DNA of 64,000 bases from a virus (IMGVR_UViG_3300030365_000081:87625-151624), one strand, 5' to 3'; shown: positions 27,262 to 37,543, counted from the stretch's first letter. Notes: a model not told the origin generated them from the letters alone. A program made the numbers and translations.

Positions 27262-29086
27262 AATAACGCTTCGCTGCCTCCTTTTGGCGGGCTTCGGAGA
27301 AGCTGGATACGCGCTTGAGATAACCAATGACACGGGTTGCATAGTCCAGGTTCTCACTGCCGCACTTAGGGCATTTATGCAGGTGGTGTTTAGAAATGTG
27401 TCCGCAGTCATTGCAGATGGTATTTGGCACATTCACCGTCCAGTAGGGGCATCCAGTCTTGATAGCCACATCCATCAGTTTGCGGTACTGATCCTTATCC
27501 AGATGTTCCTCCAGATTCAGATGCAGAGCGCTGCCGCCGTCCAGATACTGCGTCATTTTGGAGCCGTGAAGCATGAATTTATCAAGCGGCTTGGTAGGAT
27601 CTTCGACAACATAGAAGTAACTGTTGTAGCAGTCACGCGGAACTACAAAGCCATCCTGTTTATCCCACTTTGCGTTCTTGACACCAAGGTTTTCAGCAGG
27701 GACATATTCTGTGTTAAACATAATGCCGTCAGAGCGATCTGCCTTGTTCTCGTCATAGATGACCTTGAGCACTTTGTTCGTAAAATCAACATAGTTTTGG
27801 TCGTCCGGGGAGATGGTGTAGCCAAGGAATTCACAACCCTCAACAAAGCCGTTAATGCCAATGGTCAGGAACTGCTTATCCAAAGAGATATATCCGGCAT
27901 CGTAGATAGGGAGCAGCTTTGCATTGAACTCGTCCTTCAAAATTGCGTTCCATGCCTTGAGGTAAACATGGATATCTTTGACTTGTTCACGAACGGCCTC
28001 GCAAATATCACGGCCATCGGCAACAGCAGTCTGGATTAGGCGATTCATATTGATGGTGATAACACCCTTAGACCCAGTAGCCACGCCGCCAGCACCAAGA
28101 GTATAACTGAAGGTATTGTCGCTCATTTCATTGCGCAAACGGCAGCAGGATGCCAGAGAGTCCACACTATTGGAACGATAGATAAAGAAGCTATGGCCTT
28201 TAGAAAGCATTTCGGCGGCATTGTCAGCCCATTCCTTATCTACATAATTAGTGCCATCATCCAGCAGGTTCAGAGTCTCGACAGGGAAGGTGAGAATCTT
28301 CTTCAGACGCTCCTGATTCAGCCATTCCATAAAGCGTTTTTGCAGCCAAGATACGGACTCCCACTGCATTTCTGTGCCATCGGGGAATACGAAATCAGAG
28401 AACATGCCATCAAAATACGGATTGTCGAAGTATGCGCAGTTCCAGAAGATGGACTGGAAATTACGAGCAGCGGCAGGCTGATTCAGAGAATAGACGACCT
28501 GCTCAAAATGGTCAGTAATAACCTTGTCGATGGTGCGATGACGGCTGGAAAGATCGACTACCTTATCAGCGTGCAGGTAATAATCGTCGCCATAGTCCTT
28601 GCGGATAAAGTAATCAAGATAAGAGATAAACTCAGGGGTGGCAACTGCGCCGGCAAACTGAGATGCAATGGCAAAGCACAGGTTGATAAATTCACCGCAA
28701 AAAGAATCAAGGTTGTGAGGAGCAGATGAGCCGCCGCCGATGCTTTCCAGACCATTGAACAGGAACGGGTACATGGTAATGGAGACGCAGTATACTAGGC
28801 ACGGAGTTGTTTCGTCATGGCGGTAAATAAAATGGTGGTCAAGCTGGTAAATGTACTTGTCGGCATACTCCTGACCGTACAGCTCTTTGATTTTTTGCCA
28901 CATACGCAGACGGTTGATGCCGATACCATCTTTTTTATAAAGTTCACCAGTCAAAGTGGTGACATTCTTGCATTCCACATTCGCGTTCGCATCAACCTTA
29001 CTGCCAGTGGCTGCGTTGCTGGATGCAGCATACTCCTTGATAAAGTCAAGATACGGCTGATATTTTTCATATTGTTCGATAGCCAT
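27251..29086 (-). CDS. nrdD: anaerobic ribonucleoside-triphosphate reductase, class III
   Basis: 611 aa. C-terminal glycyl-radical motif (RVIGYL) and Cys4 Zn ribbon (CNDCGH...CPKCG). Confidence 0.85.
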   Translation of the reverse strand: MAIEQYEKYQPYLDFIKEYAASSNAATGSKVDANANVECKNVTTLTGELYKKDGIGINRLRMWQKIKELYGQEYADKYIYQLDHHFIYRHDETTPCLVYCVSITMYPFLFNGLESIGGGSSAPHNLDSFCGEFINLCFAIASQFAGAVATPEFISYLDYFIRKDYGDDYYLHADKVVDLSSRHRTIDKVITDHFEQVVYSLNQPAAARNFQSIFWNCAYFDNPYFDGMFSDFVFPDGTEMQWESVSWLQKRFMEWLNQERLKKILTFPVETLNLLDDGTNYVDKEWADNAAEMLSKGHSFFIYRSNSVDSLASCCRLRNEMSDNTFSYTLGAGGVATGSKGVITINMNRLIQTAVADGRDICEAVREQVKDIHVYLKAWNAILKDEFNAKLLPIYDAGYISLDKQFLTIGINGFVEGCEFLGYTISPDDQNYVDFTNKVLKVIYDENKADRSDGIMFNTEYVPAENLGVKNAKWDKQDGFVVPRDCYNSYFYVVEDPTKPLDKFMLHGSKMTQYLDGGSALHLNLEEHLDKDQYRKLMDVAIKTGCPYWTVNVPNTICNDCGHISKHHLHKCPKCGSENLDYATRVIGYLKRVSSFSEARQKEAAKRYYAD

Positions 29087-29289
29087 TACATACCTCCTAC
29101 AATTTTAATTGCTTCTTTGAATCCATACTGCTGTTCGCCCACCTGCAGAACAGGCATCATATCCATGCCCATTTCAAGCATTTTCTGTACATCGGTAAAC
29201 TCCGTATAGTGGATGCCCTTTTCCTGCAGTTTGTTTGCCAGAATCAGACAGCGCGGACAATGCGTGGTGTAGAGAATTACATTTTCCAT
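29086..29289 (-). CDS. glutaredoxin-like protein (NrdH-like)
   Basis: 67 aa with CPRC redox motif. Directly upstream of nrdD. Confidence 0.6.
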   Translation of the reverse strand: MENVILYTTHCPRCLILANKLQEKGIHYTEFTDVQKMLEMGMDMMPVLQVGEQQYGFKEAIKIVGGM

Positions 29290-29393
29290 AAACCCTCCTT
29301 GTAAATAAACAATTTTTCTGTTGCTGCTTGGCGGCTGTTCTTATCGAGTGTGACTGTGACAGCGCGGACAATGGGTTGTATACATAATGATAT

Positions 29394-29834
29394 TCATTCG
29401 GTATCTCCCTTCAATGTGGCGGTGGAAGCATCACGAGAGGTGAGGATGGTGTCGTCAGAGATATACTTGCTGTAATCAAACTGCGGAGTTGTACGATATG
29501 TAACGGCGGAAGCGGAATCGTTAGTGTTGGATGCAGAGGTAAGGCCGGTTTTGCGCTCCTCGGCCTTATCCAGCTCCATGACAGTGAGGATGCAGTAGTT
29601 GGCGAGATCCAATAGAGTATCGCGCAGAGATTCATTGACTTTGGCGAGGGTACCCTTGATAAGATTCATGAAGCGGTGGTACTTATGGGAGATCTGGACA
29701 GCGGCGGTGATGATGCCGTTATCGCCAAACTCCTGATAGAGCTGGGAGAAGGAATTGCCGTAATCTGCGTTTTTGGATTTGAAGGTATCGCGCATTTCAA
29801 CCTGGATGTGATCAAAGCGCTGAACATCATTCAT
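29394..29834 (-). CDS. hypothetical protein (possibly nucleotide-metabolism associated, DUF1599-like; uncertain)
   Basis: 146 aa. Conserved-looking KNADYGNSF...ISHKYHRFMNLIKG segment. Adjacent to thyX and nrd genes. Confidence 0.35.
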   Translation of the reverse strand: MNDVQRFDHIQVEMRDTFKSKNADYGNSFSQLYQEFGDNGIITAAVQISHKYHRFMNLIKGTLAKVNESLRDTLLDLANYCILTVMELDKAEERKTGLTSASNTNDSASAVTYRTTPQFDYSKYISDDTILTSRDASTATLKGDTE

Positions 29835-29846
29835 AAAGTAACCTCC

Positions 29847-30338
29847 TTATAGATACATAAAAATTTTAATTAGCCAGCCGGCAAAGAGGGCGATCAACGC
29901 GGGCGAGCAGAGACCGGCAAGAGTGCCGAGGAAAACACATAAACCATCCGGCAGAGACCAGGAATCAAAGCAGCTGGACTTGCCGTCAATGACGTTTTTA
30001 ACATCATTCTGCAGAGGGATTTTGTGGGGGATGCCGGTGGTATCGACGATGAATTCAAGAGCCAGGCCGATGCCGGCTGCATGAAAGACGCCGATGGTGG
30101 GGATGGGTCCAATGGCTAAAAACCAGTTCCAAAGTTTGGATGCGGCGAACCCCCAGACGGGAATGTGCAAAGCCCAGGCGGCAACGGCGCAGGCGTTAAG
30201 CTTTACAGCGCGGGTGGAATCAGTGAGGACTTTATGGACAACTTCGGACAAGTCCCGAAGAGCAGTTTCATCGTCTTCCACCTGGTTGATATGTAACTCG
30301 TAGGTTTTGAGGAGCTTGCGGATTTCTTCTTGGGTCAT
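29847..30338 (-). CDS. membrane protein, hypothetical
   Basis: 163 aa with several hydrophobic helices. N-terminus MTQEEIRKLL is paralogous to a small ORF at about 31160..31330. Confidence 0.4.
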   Translation of the reverse strand: MTQEEIRKLLKTYELHINQVEDDETALRDLSEVVHKVLTDSTRAVKLNACAVAAWALHIPVWGFAASKLWNWFLAIGPIPTIGVFHAAGIGLALEFIVDTTGIPHKIPLQNDVKNVIDGKSSCFDSWSLPDGLCVFLGTLAGLCSPALIALFAGWLIKIFMYL

Positions 30339-31039
30339 TCGGACGCCTCGATATCATTGAAAATTTCAGGGTAGACAGCCTGCAGCTCCTTGAGGACAGG
30401 AATCATGAGGGCGCGGATAGCGGGGTGGGCATCCTTGGCAGTGCGAAGGCGAAGGACTTCATGCCATTCGCGCAGGTTCCATGTGCAAACGATCTCGGTT
30501 TTAAGGCAAAGAGGCAGGACATCGCGGGCTTCTTCCGGGGTGGCACCAGCATTCAACATGTCACGATAGCCTGTTTCAGCAAAGCCACAATAGTTTTTCC
30601 AGGAAATGCGTTTCCTGCCGGTATAGCCATGGTCAATAACTGTGATTTCATTGCCGAACTTATCTTTGTTGTAATTGCAGTAGCGGGTGGATTCCTGGGC
30701 ATAGGAGCCGATACGGTGACGGACGATCTCGTTGGCAACGCCGCGGTCGGTGATGAATTTAATGGTCAGGCTGATATGCTCGATCATGGCGTAATGATGA
30801 TTTTTGCAGAGCATGGCGACCATTTTGGAATCACTGCCGGGCTTGATGGCATCTTCGCTTTTATAGCAGGTGCGGGCGATGCGCTCGATACGCTGCATGG
30901 TGACATCACGGTTGAGCGGGGTGATCCATTCGTGGGATTGAGGGATAATTTTCATGGGTGTGACTCCTTGTTGGTTAAATGGCGACATGATACAATAGGC
31001 AAATGAAGGAGGTGAAAAGAATGGCTGTGGTTGAAACAT
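30335..31039 (-). CDS. thyX: FAD-dependent thymidylate synthase
   Basis: ThyX signature RHRIGSYAQESTRY (RHRxxSxxxxSxR). Confidence 0.8.
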   Translation of the reverse strand: MFQPQPFFSPPSFAYCIMSPFNQQGVTPMKIIPQSHEWITPLNRDVTMQRIERIARTCYKSEDAIKPGSDSKMVAMLCKNHHYAMIEHISLTIKFITDRGVANEIVRHRIGSYAQESTRYCNYNKDKFGNEITVIDHGYTGRKRISWKNYCGFAETGYRDMLNAGATPEEARDVLPLCLKTEIVCTWNLREWHEVLRLRTAKDAHPAIRALMIPVLKELQAVYPEIFNDIEASE

Positions 31040-31224
31040 CTGGATTATTTCCGAAAAGCAAGTATGAAGCTATCGCTTACCTTTACATTCAAAACCAAGA
31101 TTTAAGTGATAAAACTCCTACTGAAATCTATGACATGTATCAAGCCGCTTTAAGTGAACTAGAGAAAAACCGTAAAGACACGGTAAAGCAAAATACTAGT
31201 CAAATGAAGCTAAGCATGACGTAA
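31021..31224 (+). CDS. hypothetical small protein (plus strand)
   Basis: ggaggtgaaaagaATG RBS. 67 aa. Convergent with the minus-strand operon. Confidence 0.3.
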   Translation: MAVVETSGLFPKSKYEAIAYLYIQNQDLSDKTPTEIYDMYQAALSELEKNRKDTVKQNTSQMKLSMT

Positions 31225-31332
31225 GATTTATCATTGCTTCTGTGGCGTTACACACATCCGTTACGTCATGGTACTCAACCTCGGATAACAATTGCAGCTG
31301 TTGTTCGAGGATCTTTTTTATTTCTTCTTTGG

Positions 31333-31569
31333 TCATTCAGGGTCGACCTCCTGTAAGATAATGCAGTTGGATGGGTAGAGAAGAATATAATCTTTTTCCC
31401 AGGCATAACCGCGGTAGGTAGGGTTGGAAACTTTGACGCGGCAAGGGGTGAAACCGATCACAACATAAGTGTTCCAGTTGATGCCGCTGTTTTTATCCGT
31501 CTGCGCATAGGCAACGGTATCGCCGACATGGATTTCGCGGCCAATGGCATCGGTAATTGGTTCAGTCAT
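31333..31569 (-). CDS. hypothetical small protein
   Basis: 78-aa ORF. Confidence 0.4.
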   Translation of the reverse strand: MTEPITDAIGREIHVGDTVAYAQTDKNSGINWNTYVVIGFTPCRVKVSNPTYRGYAWEKDYILLYPSNCIILQEVDPE

Positions 31570-31966
31570 GGGCAGCCTCCTGTTCGGGTTCGCGCTGCTT
31601 GATAAGATGGCCGATCCAGAACAAACGCTTAGGGGTGACGGGATCTTCTTTCAGGCAGGCAAGAGTGTGGTTTTTGCGGAAACGAGGTTCAAACTCCAGA
31701 GTAAAAATGGTATCTGCATTGGAGAGAATGAAATCTTTATAGTCCTGGCGAAGGATAGGCCAATCGGGATCGTTTTGGATAGCGGCGAGATCGAACTTGA
31801 CTTTATCGCCATCTTTGTAATCCAGGATATTGCCGGTGTTCTGATAGAGCCAGGCGATAGCTTTGCCGTTGCGCTTGATGTTGACGGCGTTTGCGATTGC
31901 TTTGTTTTTGATAAGATCACCTGCTTTGGTAAGAGTGAAAAGGTTGGCGGGCATTGAACGCTGCAC
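31562..31966 (-). CDS. hypothetical protein
   Basis: 134-aa ORF. Confidence 0.4.
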   Translation of the reverse strand: MQRSMPANLFTLTKAGDLIKNKAIANAVNIKRNGKAIAWLYQNTGNILDYKDGDKVKFDLAAIQNDPDWPILRQDYKDFILSNADTIFTLEFEPRFRKNHTLACLKEDPVTPKRLFWIGHLIKQREPEQEAAHD

Positions 31967-32286
31967 GCTGGGCGGGTGTTAGATCGTTGATGTTATAGGT
32001 AATGATGAGAGCGGAACATTTGGAAGCATAACTGCGGCAGATAGATTCAAGCTCTGCCTTGGCACGCTCTTTGCGGTGAAGTTCACGGGTTGTATTCATG
32101 GGGGCGGTGGATCAACTCCTTTAACGAGAAGATAGGTTTTGCCCTGGAGGACGGCCGGGAGAAAGACCAGGCGGCCGGCAGCGAGGACGAAGCAGCCGAT
32201 TTGAAGGCGGGTTACGACCTGGTAGCTGCGGTGGGCACGGAGCAGGGGAGAGGCGGATGGATAATTGACAAATAGAACGGCTTGCA

Positions 32287-32832
32287 TCATGGCTGCACCC
32301 CCTCCAGGTGCTGTTTCATTTCGCGGTAGAGGATATCATGGATGAGCTTGCCGGAGGTTTGAGGTTCACAGAAAATGAGCTTGCAGTCATAGCGGGCAAG
32401 CCAGGTTGTGAGGTTGGCCACCATGGCGACAGGGGACATTTTGCTGCGGTATGTACCGGCGTAAAGCATTTCCCAGGTGGTGCGCTCAACAAGCAGATAG
32501 GTGCGGGCACCGGCTGCTTTGGCGCGTTCAAATTCACGGGTAAAGCGAGCACGCTGGGAGGTAAAGCAATTTGCGATTTCGTCACTGGACATCTTCCGTT
32601 CGATCACGACGATATTTTCCAGGCTGTAGGGAACGCCGGTGGGCAAGATGACCTTGGCAGAATAATCGCCAAAATTGAGCTTTTGCCGTTCGACTGGGCA
32701 GCCCATTTGCTGAATGCGCTGAGTGAGCGCCGAGGTTTCGTGCTCACGGGTATCGATCAGGATAGTAAAAGTTTCAAGGGCGGATTTAACAAAGACTGGT
32801 TCGATAATATCACCCCCTAGGATCTGAACCAC
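32287..32832 (-). CDS. ERCC4/Mus81-type nuclease domain protein
   Basis: GDY....VIERKMSSDEIANCF matches the ERCC4 GDxn-ERKxxxD catalytic motif. Confidence 0.5.
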   Translation of the reverse strand: MVQILGGDIIEPVFVKSALETFTILIDTREHETSALTQRIQQMGCPVERQKLNFGDYSAKVILPTGVPYSLENIVVIERKMSSDEIANCFTSQRARFTREFERAKAAGARTYLLVERTTWEMLYAGTYRSKMSPVAMVANLTTWLARYDCKLIFCEPQTSGKLIHDILYREMKQHLEGVQP

Positions 32833-33102
32833 CAGAACCAGCTGAAAACGATGGCTGTGAGAAAGAGTTTGAACCAGGCATCATGAGATAAAAACCGGTT
32901 GTCATTGGTCGAGGGCTTTGAACTGCTCCACCGGCCAGGCGAGAATGAGGTTGAAGGGATAGATGAGTTCAAACTGGGAGGGGAATAAGCCGTGGAAATC
33001 AAAATGGGCGTATCACCAGGCATCGAACTCTTGGTGACGTTACCGAAAATAGTGGCAATAACACTGATGGCAGTATTGAGAACCGCCATAACCAGAAAAA
33101 AA

Positions 33103-35109
33103 TTAACGTACATGGCTGTATTTATAAAGGAAGGTGTTGAAATCCGTTGTGGACTGGACCCAACCGGCATCGGTGTGGGACCACTTGCCCTCCTGCTTGG
33201 TGCCAAGAACCTTGATGATATCGCCTTGAGCGACCGGGTTTTGATCCATGGTGGAGGGACGGATTTTGAAATTAACGGTTTGACCGGTTGCAAGCTGGTA
33301 CAGTGCGATGGTCTTGTTTTTATATTTGCCGTCAATAGAGAGAATGTAGTGGTAGGTGGAAGCGAGAGAAGGGTTTTGGTATTGGAGGTAGCCAAGGTAC
33401 TCGCTCTGGGCATCTAAGACCTGCTTAACATGCAGCGGTTCATCCGGCAGATCATTCCAGATGGCTTGAAGAGCAGAATCATACTGGAAATCTTTATAGG
33501 TTTTAAGCTGGTCAGATGTGGTGGAGTAAGCTTCAATGTAAGGTTTGTACGATGACTTAGTGTCCTTTGGAAATTGAGAACGGCCATAGAGGTCATTACA
33601 CGCACTGATAAACTTGAGAATCTTATTGCCGCCAGCGAATGGCTTAAAATAATCCAGCAGGACAAGCGTTTCGATCTTGGCGGAGTTTAAGCTGCGGGTA
33701 TGGGACATTTCTTTCCAGAGAGAGTAAAAATCGGTGAATTTACCGGACTGATACATTTTCCAGAGGTCATTGGCACAACCTTGGCTTAAACCTTTGATGG
33801 AGAGAAGCGAAGGGTCAATGGCGTGGTTTTCTTTATCAGCGGTAAACTTGCGGTTATCATGCCCCCACTGGATAGGGCCTTCATGAATACCAAAACCGCG
33901 GAACATTTCAGCTTTGAGAGCAGCTACTTTTTCCTTTTTGCCTTTATTGGAGAAGTGCTGCAGGCAGACCTCGTAAAACTCATAGGGATATGTGGCTTTC
34001 TGCCAGGCATTATAGAGGGAATCATAGGCCATACAGGCTGAATGTGATGAGTTGAAACTGTACGTTGTGGCGTCGCTAATAATCTGCCAAATCTGATTTG
34101 CGATTTCAACCGGCTCTTTGCCCGGTGGACATTGGCCTTGAAGCTTATCACAGAGGCCGGAGATAAACTGTGCCTTTAACGGTTTAACCTTTTCAGGATG
34201 CTTTTTGGCAATATCCTTGATGATGCCGTAGCACTGGTCCATGGGGAAGCCAGCAAAGTTCAGAATCGTCATCAAATTTTCCTGATACAGAATAAAGGAG
34301 TATGGGAACTCTTTTGTTTGAATCAGGTTGTCAATGACAGGAACGCCGTAATCAAACGGAACGCGGCGCTCAAATGTGGGATACATGGACTTGAAACCGG
34401 GGCGGATGGCAGCAACAAAAGCGGACAGCTCAGAAACGTTTTGCGGTTTATAACGCATGAGTTTTTGAGTGGTGGAAGCTTTTTCGCACTGGTTGACACC
34501 GCAGGTGAGACCGCTGGCATAGATATTCCAGACGGCTGGATTATCCTTGACTTTTTCTGATAGTTCATCAACGGTCAGAGGCTCCATGCCGATACGCTTG
34601 AATACTGCTGCGGTAAGAGCTACGGTATCAACAATCAGCCAGTCATTTTTAAGGAACTTATATTTTTCAGCCACAGCGCCATCAATGACAGTGGTAATAT
34701 ATTCCTTTTTGGTTGTTTCACTTTTACATTTGATAAGACCAATCTGGCGGCGGATGCTGCCCTGATAAAGAAGATAGGCACAGGGAGCTTTTGATTTGGA
34801 TACAATTAAGCCCCAGTAAACCTCGCTGCGTTTGACAAGATCCTGATATTCTGGGTCAACGTAATCATAGATACTGATATCGGCTTTATCATCATCATCG
34901 GCATATTTGAGAGCAACTTCGTACTTTTCAAGCTGGTCGCTGATTTTATTGGCAGTTTCAAAGTCCAGCCTTTGAGCGCGGGCGTACATCTTAAATGCAG
35001 CTTTCTTTTTCATGGTGCCAAAGGCAATCATGGGGTAAGCATGGTCTGCACCGAGGATTTCGCGCTGGGCACGCTCGAATGGTTCCTGCGCACTGATATT
35101 CTGGTCGAT
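33103..35109 (-). CDS. dnaE: DNA polymerase III alpha (DnaE-type) exon 2
   Basis: Frame open upstream of the track ORF (33103..35031) to nt 35160. IDQNISAQEPFERAQREILGADHAYPMIAFGTMKKKAAF aligns with DnaE FDVDFC...VSQIITFGTMAAKAV. Exon starts right after an intronic G at 35110. Confidence 0.7.
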   Translation of the reverse strand: MDQNISAQEPFERAQREILGADHAYPMIAFGTMKKKAAFKMYARAQRLDFETANKISDQLEKYEVALKYADDDDKADISIYDYVDPEYQDLVKRSEVYWGLIVSKSKAPCAYLLYQGSIRRQIGLIKCKSETTKKEYITTVIDGAVAEKYKFLKNDWLIVDTVALTAAVFKRIGMEPLTVDELSEKVKDNPAVWNIYASGLTCGVNQCEKASTTQKLMRYKPQNVSELSAFVAAIRPGFKSMYPTFERRVPFDYGVPVIDNLIQTKEFPYSFILYQENLMTILNFAGFPMDQCYGIIKDIAKKHPEKVKPLKAQFISGLCDKLQGQCPPGKEPVEIANQIWQIISDATTYSFNSSHSACMAYDSLYNAWQKATYPYEFYEVCLQHFSNKGKKEKVAALKAEMFRGFGIHEGPIQWGHDNRKFTADKENHAIDPSLLSIKGLSQGCANDLWKMYQSGKFTDFYSLWKEMSHTRSLNSAKIETLVLLDYFKPFAGGNKILKFISACNDLYGRSQFPKDTKSSYKPYIEAYSTTSDQLKTYKDFQYDSALQAIWNDLPDEPLHVKQVLDAQSEYLGYLQYQNPSLASTYHYILSIDGKYKNKTIALYQLATGQTVNFKIRPSTMDQNPVAQGDIIKVLGTKQEGKWSHTDAGWVQSTTDFNTFLYKYSHVR

Positions 35110-36331
35110 CTTGACACACCCTGTCTTTCGACATATTTGAAAAGGGAATAGACTATACCATTATCCTTGCGGATACCCATTGGTAGTCGTTGCGACCTTG
35201 ACCATAAAGGCCCTGTGTCACAGGATTGTCCAATCTTTGAATCTTGTTACGATACCGTTTTGATTAGAAACGCCACATTTCGATTGCTCTAATGCTTCGT
35301 AATTCAAAGCTCTAAGGATTTTCCCTGTTATTCTGGGTTTTCCGATAGTGTTTCCACTAAGGGCGACTTAACATAATCACGAACATACATATAATGAAGA
35401 GAACCAACGCTCAATGTTCCAAGCTTTAATTCTTTGGGTGCTTTTCTGGAAGATATTCCTACCTGTTTCTCAAAAAGTTTTCTTGTTTGATAAATTTGTT
35501 TAGTTTCCAAACAAATTACAGAAGAGCACCTCGTTCCTTTGACGATTGCATTCAAAAGAAGAGTAAAGCATTCATCCTTTGATAGTGGCTGATGGGATTT
35601 AACCCAATGATATCCACCTGCTGTACGATTACTTTCACGCAAACATACAGTAATGCTTGTAGGTGATTTGATATTTAAGTCATTACAAGCATCTATGATG
35701 CAAGGATAAAACGTGTTAGTTTCTAAACAAACTACAGAATGAGCGTTTGGGTTTGTTGCGCCATGATATAAAGAATTACTTTTTTGAATTTGGCGAAACC
35801 GCTCTTTTTGTTCCTTAGTCCAGAAATTACCATAATTAGGATTTTTAGAGCCTTGAACCAAGTAAGATATTTTTTCTCGAAAAAGAGCATTTTTATATGG
35901 CCCGTTAGGATCATGACGCAACTGTAGTTGTTTTTGCCTAAAGAATGTATCTTTCCATTTCTCTTTAGATTTTTCGCTATGAAGGAGCTTACATTCTTCG
36001 GTCAATTTTGTCCCGCGTGAACCAGCGCCACCTTCTGCAATGTTGGCAAGAGGAATTCCTCGTGACAAATAGGAACGAATTAAGTTACGTTCAATGCAAT
36101 AGGCATCTTCTTCTTCTAAGCCGGAGTAAATGATTTTTGATTCACATGGAGCAGAATTGTAAATAGCCAAAAATTTTTCGCTTCGACCTTTTACTTGCAA
36201 ATATCTTTTTCCGCTTCCTTTTCCGACATAAAAAACTTCATGAGTGTCAGTTCTATACCATTCATAGACATAGTAATTATTCATTTTTTCACCTCCTTCT
36301 ATTGATTTAATGAGCGTGATTATGTATGTTA
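35110..36331 (-). other. group I intron (IA2-like) in dnaE carrying a GIY-YIG homing endonuclease ORF
   Basis: Begins with in-frame TAA right after exon-1 ...SLPD (5' splice site after U). Ends with G before exon 2 ATCGAC. R-like (caACGACTAcca, about 35181-35193) and S-like (ggtATAGTCta, about 35149-35160) elements can form P7. ORF lies upstream of the core 3' half. Confidence 0.7.
35328..36284 (-). CDS. GIY-YIG homing endonuclease (intron-encoded)
   Basis: N-terminal YVYEWYRTDTHEVFYVGKGSGKRY...ERNLI (GIY-YIG). 318 aa. gaaggaggtgaaaaaATG RBS. Confidence 0.75.
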   Translation of the reverse strand: MNNYYVYEWYRTDTHEVFYVGKGSGKRYLQVKGRSEKFLAIYNSAPCESKIIYSGLEEEDAYCIERNLIRSYLSRGIPLANIAEGGAGSRGTKLTEECKLLHSEKSKEKWKDTFFRQKQLQLRHDPNGPYKNALFREKISYLVQGSKNPNYGNFWTKEQKERFRQIQKSNSLYHGATNPNAHSVVCLETNTFYPCIIDACNDLNIKSPTSITVCLRESNRTAGGYHWVKSHQPLSKDECFTLLLNAIVKGTRCSSVICLETKQIYQTRKLFEKQVGISSRKAPKELKLGTLSVGSLHYMYVRDYVKSPLVETLSENPE

Positions 36332-37543
36332 ATCGGGCAGACTGTTCGTCTGAATAATACGAGTAGTAGAGAGGAATCGTTCTGGGTACAGACGAATGGG
36401 AGATTTGAAACGGTCAATTTTACTGAAACCACAGAGGGTATTGGTAAAGTAGCTGACAGCAGAACCACGGCCAGTGTTTGTGATGATGCCACCATATTCA
36501 ATGCCGCGTTTGACGATTTGATAGTCAATTAGTGGATAATCCACCATGCCGGTATCGCGGTAAGTATGAGCTTCCATCTTGACGCCATCAAAGTAACGCT
36601 GATAATCCTCTGGCGGAACGTGTTTCATGTACTCGCGAAACTTAGAACTGATTAAGCGATTGTAGATTTGATATTTTTCCTCTGGGGTTTTATCTGGGTA
36701 CAAGGTGGGAAGTTTACGGTTGGTTTGAAAAACCTCGCTATCATAATCTTCAAAATCACAAATCAGGTCTGTGTTGCGAACAGCCTGGTCAACTGCTGCT
36801 GGTGGGACAATGCCTTGTTCGGCAAAACGCTGGCGAACGGTAGCTTCATTAGGATAGTCCATATACCAGCCATCCTCGTCGTCATAGTGGGTATCACTGG
36901 CGGCAAGAAAAGCATCACGTTCAACGGATTGTTCCGGGTAGATATAGTGGCTGTCAAGGCCAACAATCATCTGGATACCGTACTTTTTGGAAAGCTCCAG
37001 GATTCTTGCGTTTAACTGCTTTTGCTTATCGGTATTATGAGCCTGAATTTCAAGCATGAAGTTATCCTTGAAATGGTTATGTAGGCGAAGGACTAGATTT
37101 TCAACATAATCAGGTTCATAATGCCAGAATGCAACGCAGGCAGAAGTAACAAAAACATCGTTGGGAGGCAGTTGGAACAGGAGTTCTTCATCCAGACGTG
37201 GGCGGTAGTAATAACCGTCCTCATTGGCGGTAGATAGAACTTCATTGATCCACTGGCGACCGTTTTCGTTTTTGGCGAGAAGAACAATATGACAGTTGGT
37301 ACGGTCTTTTTCGTGCCGGTCTTTGACCCAGTAAGCTTCAGTGCCAAAGATAAACTTGAGGCCATACTTGATAGCGATTTCGCGACATTCGTGGTATTTG
37401 CCTTGCCAGCCGTGCTCCAGAGAGCAGAGAATGTTTTGACCGAGTTCAACAGCGCGTTTAGCATATTGTTCATAGGTGGCAGGAGAATCGGGGGTATAGA
37501 TGTTGGAGCAGCAGGTGTGCTTATGGTAGTTCTGCATTAGCAT
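36332..37543 (-). CDS. dnaE: DNA polymerase III alpha (DnaE-type) exon 1: PHP domain to catalytic PD
   Basis: PHP-domain start MLMQNYHKHTCCSNIYTPDSPA... GRGSAVSYF...ERFLSTTRIIQTNSLPD matches DnaE GRGSAAGS...ERFLNPERVSMPD. The track ORF stop (TAA at 36329..36331) is the first intron codon. Confidence 0.7.

Noticed and set aside
31160-31330. 56-aa minus-strand ORF (MTKEEIKKILEQQL...) paralogous to the N-terminus of the 29847..30338 gene
   Set aside because: - Overlaps the 3' end of the plus-strand small ORF 31021..31224.
- Only a weak GGAGG at 10-nt spacing.
- Noted as a possible duplicated gene start but not called.
32817-33413. 198-aa minus-strand ORF overlapping the dnaE 3' end
   Set aside because: - Low-complexity Ser/Pro/Thr-rich translation.
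- Overlaps dnaE exon 2 in another frame for about 300 nt.
- Only the short intergenic part could be real, and there is no support for it.
35032-35327. Treating the dnaE interruption as a freestanding GIY-YIG HEG splitting the gene into two polypeptides
   Set aside because: - Exon 2's frame is open upstream of its ATG through conserved DnaE residues up to an intronic G.
- Exon 1 ends exactly at the catalytic PD.
- R/S group I core elements are present.
- So a self-splicing intron is favoured, though split-gene expression cannot be excluded from sequence alone.
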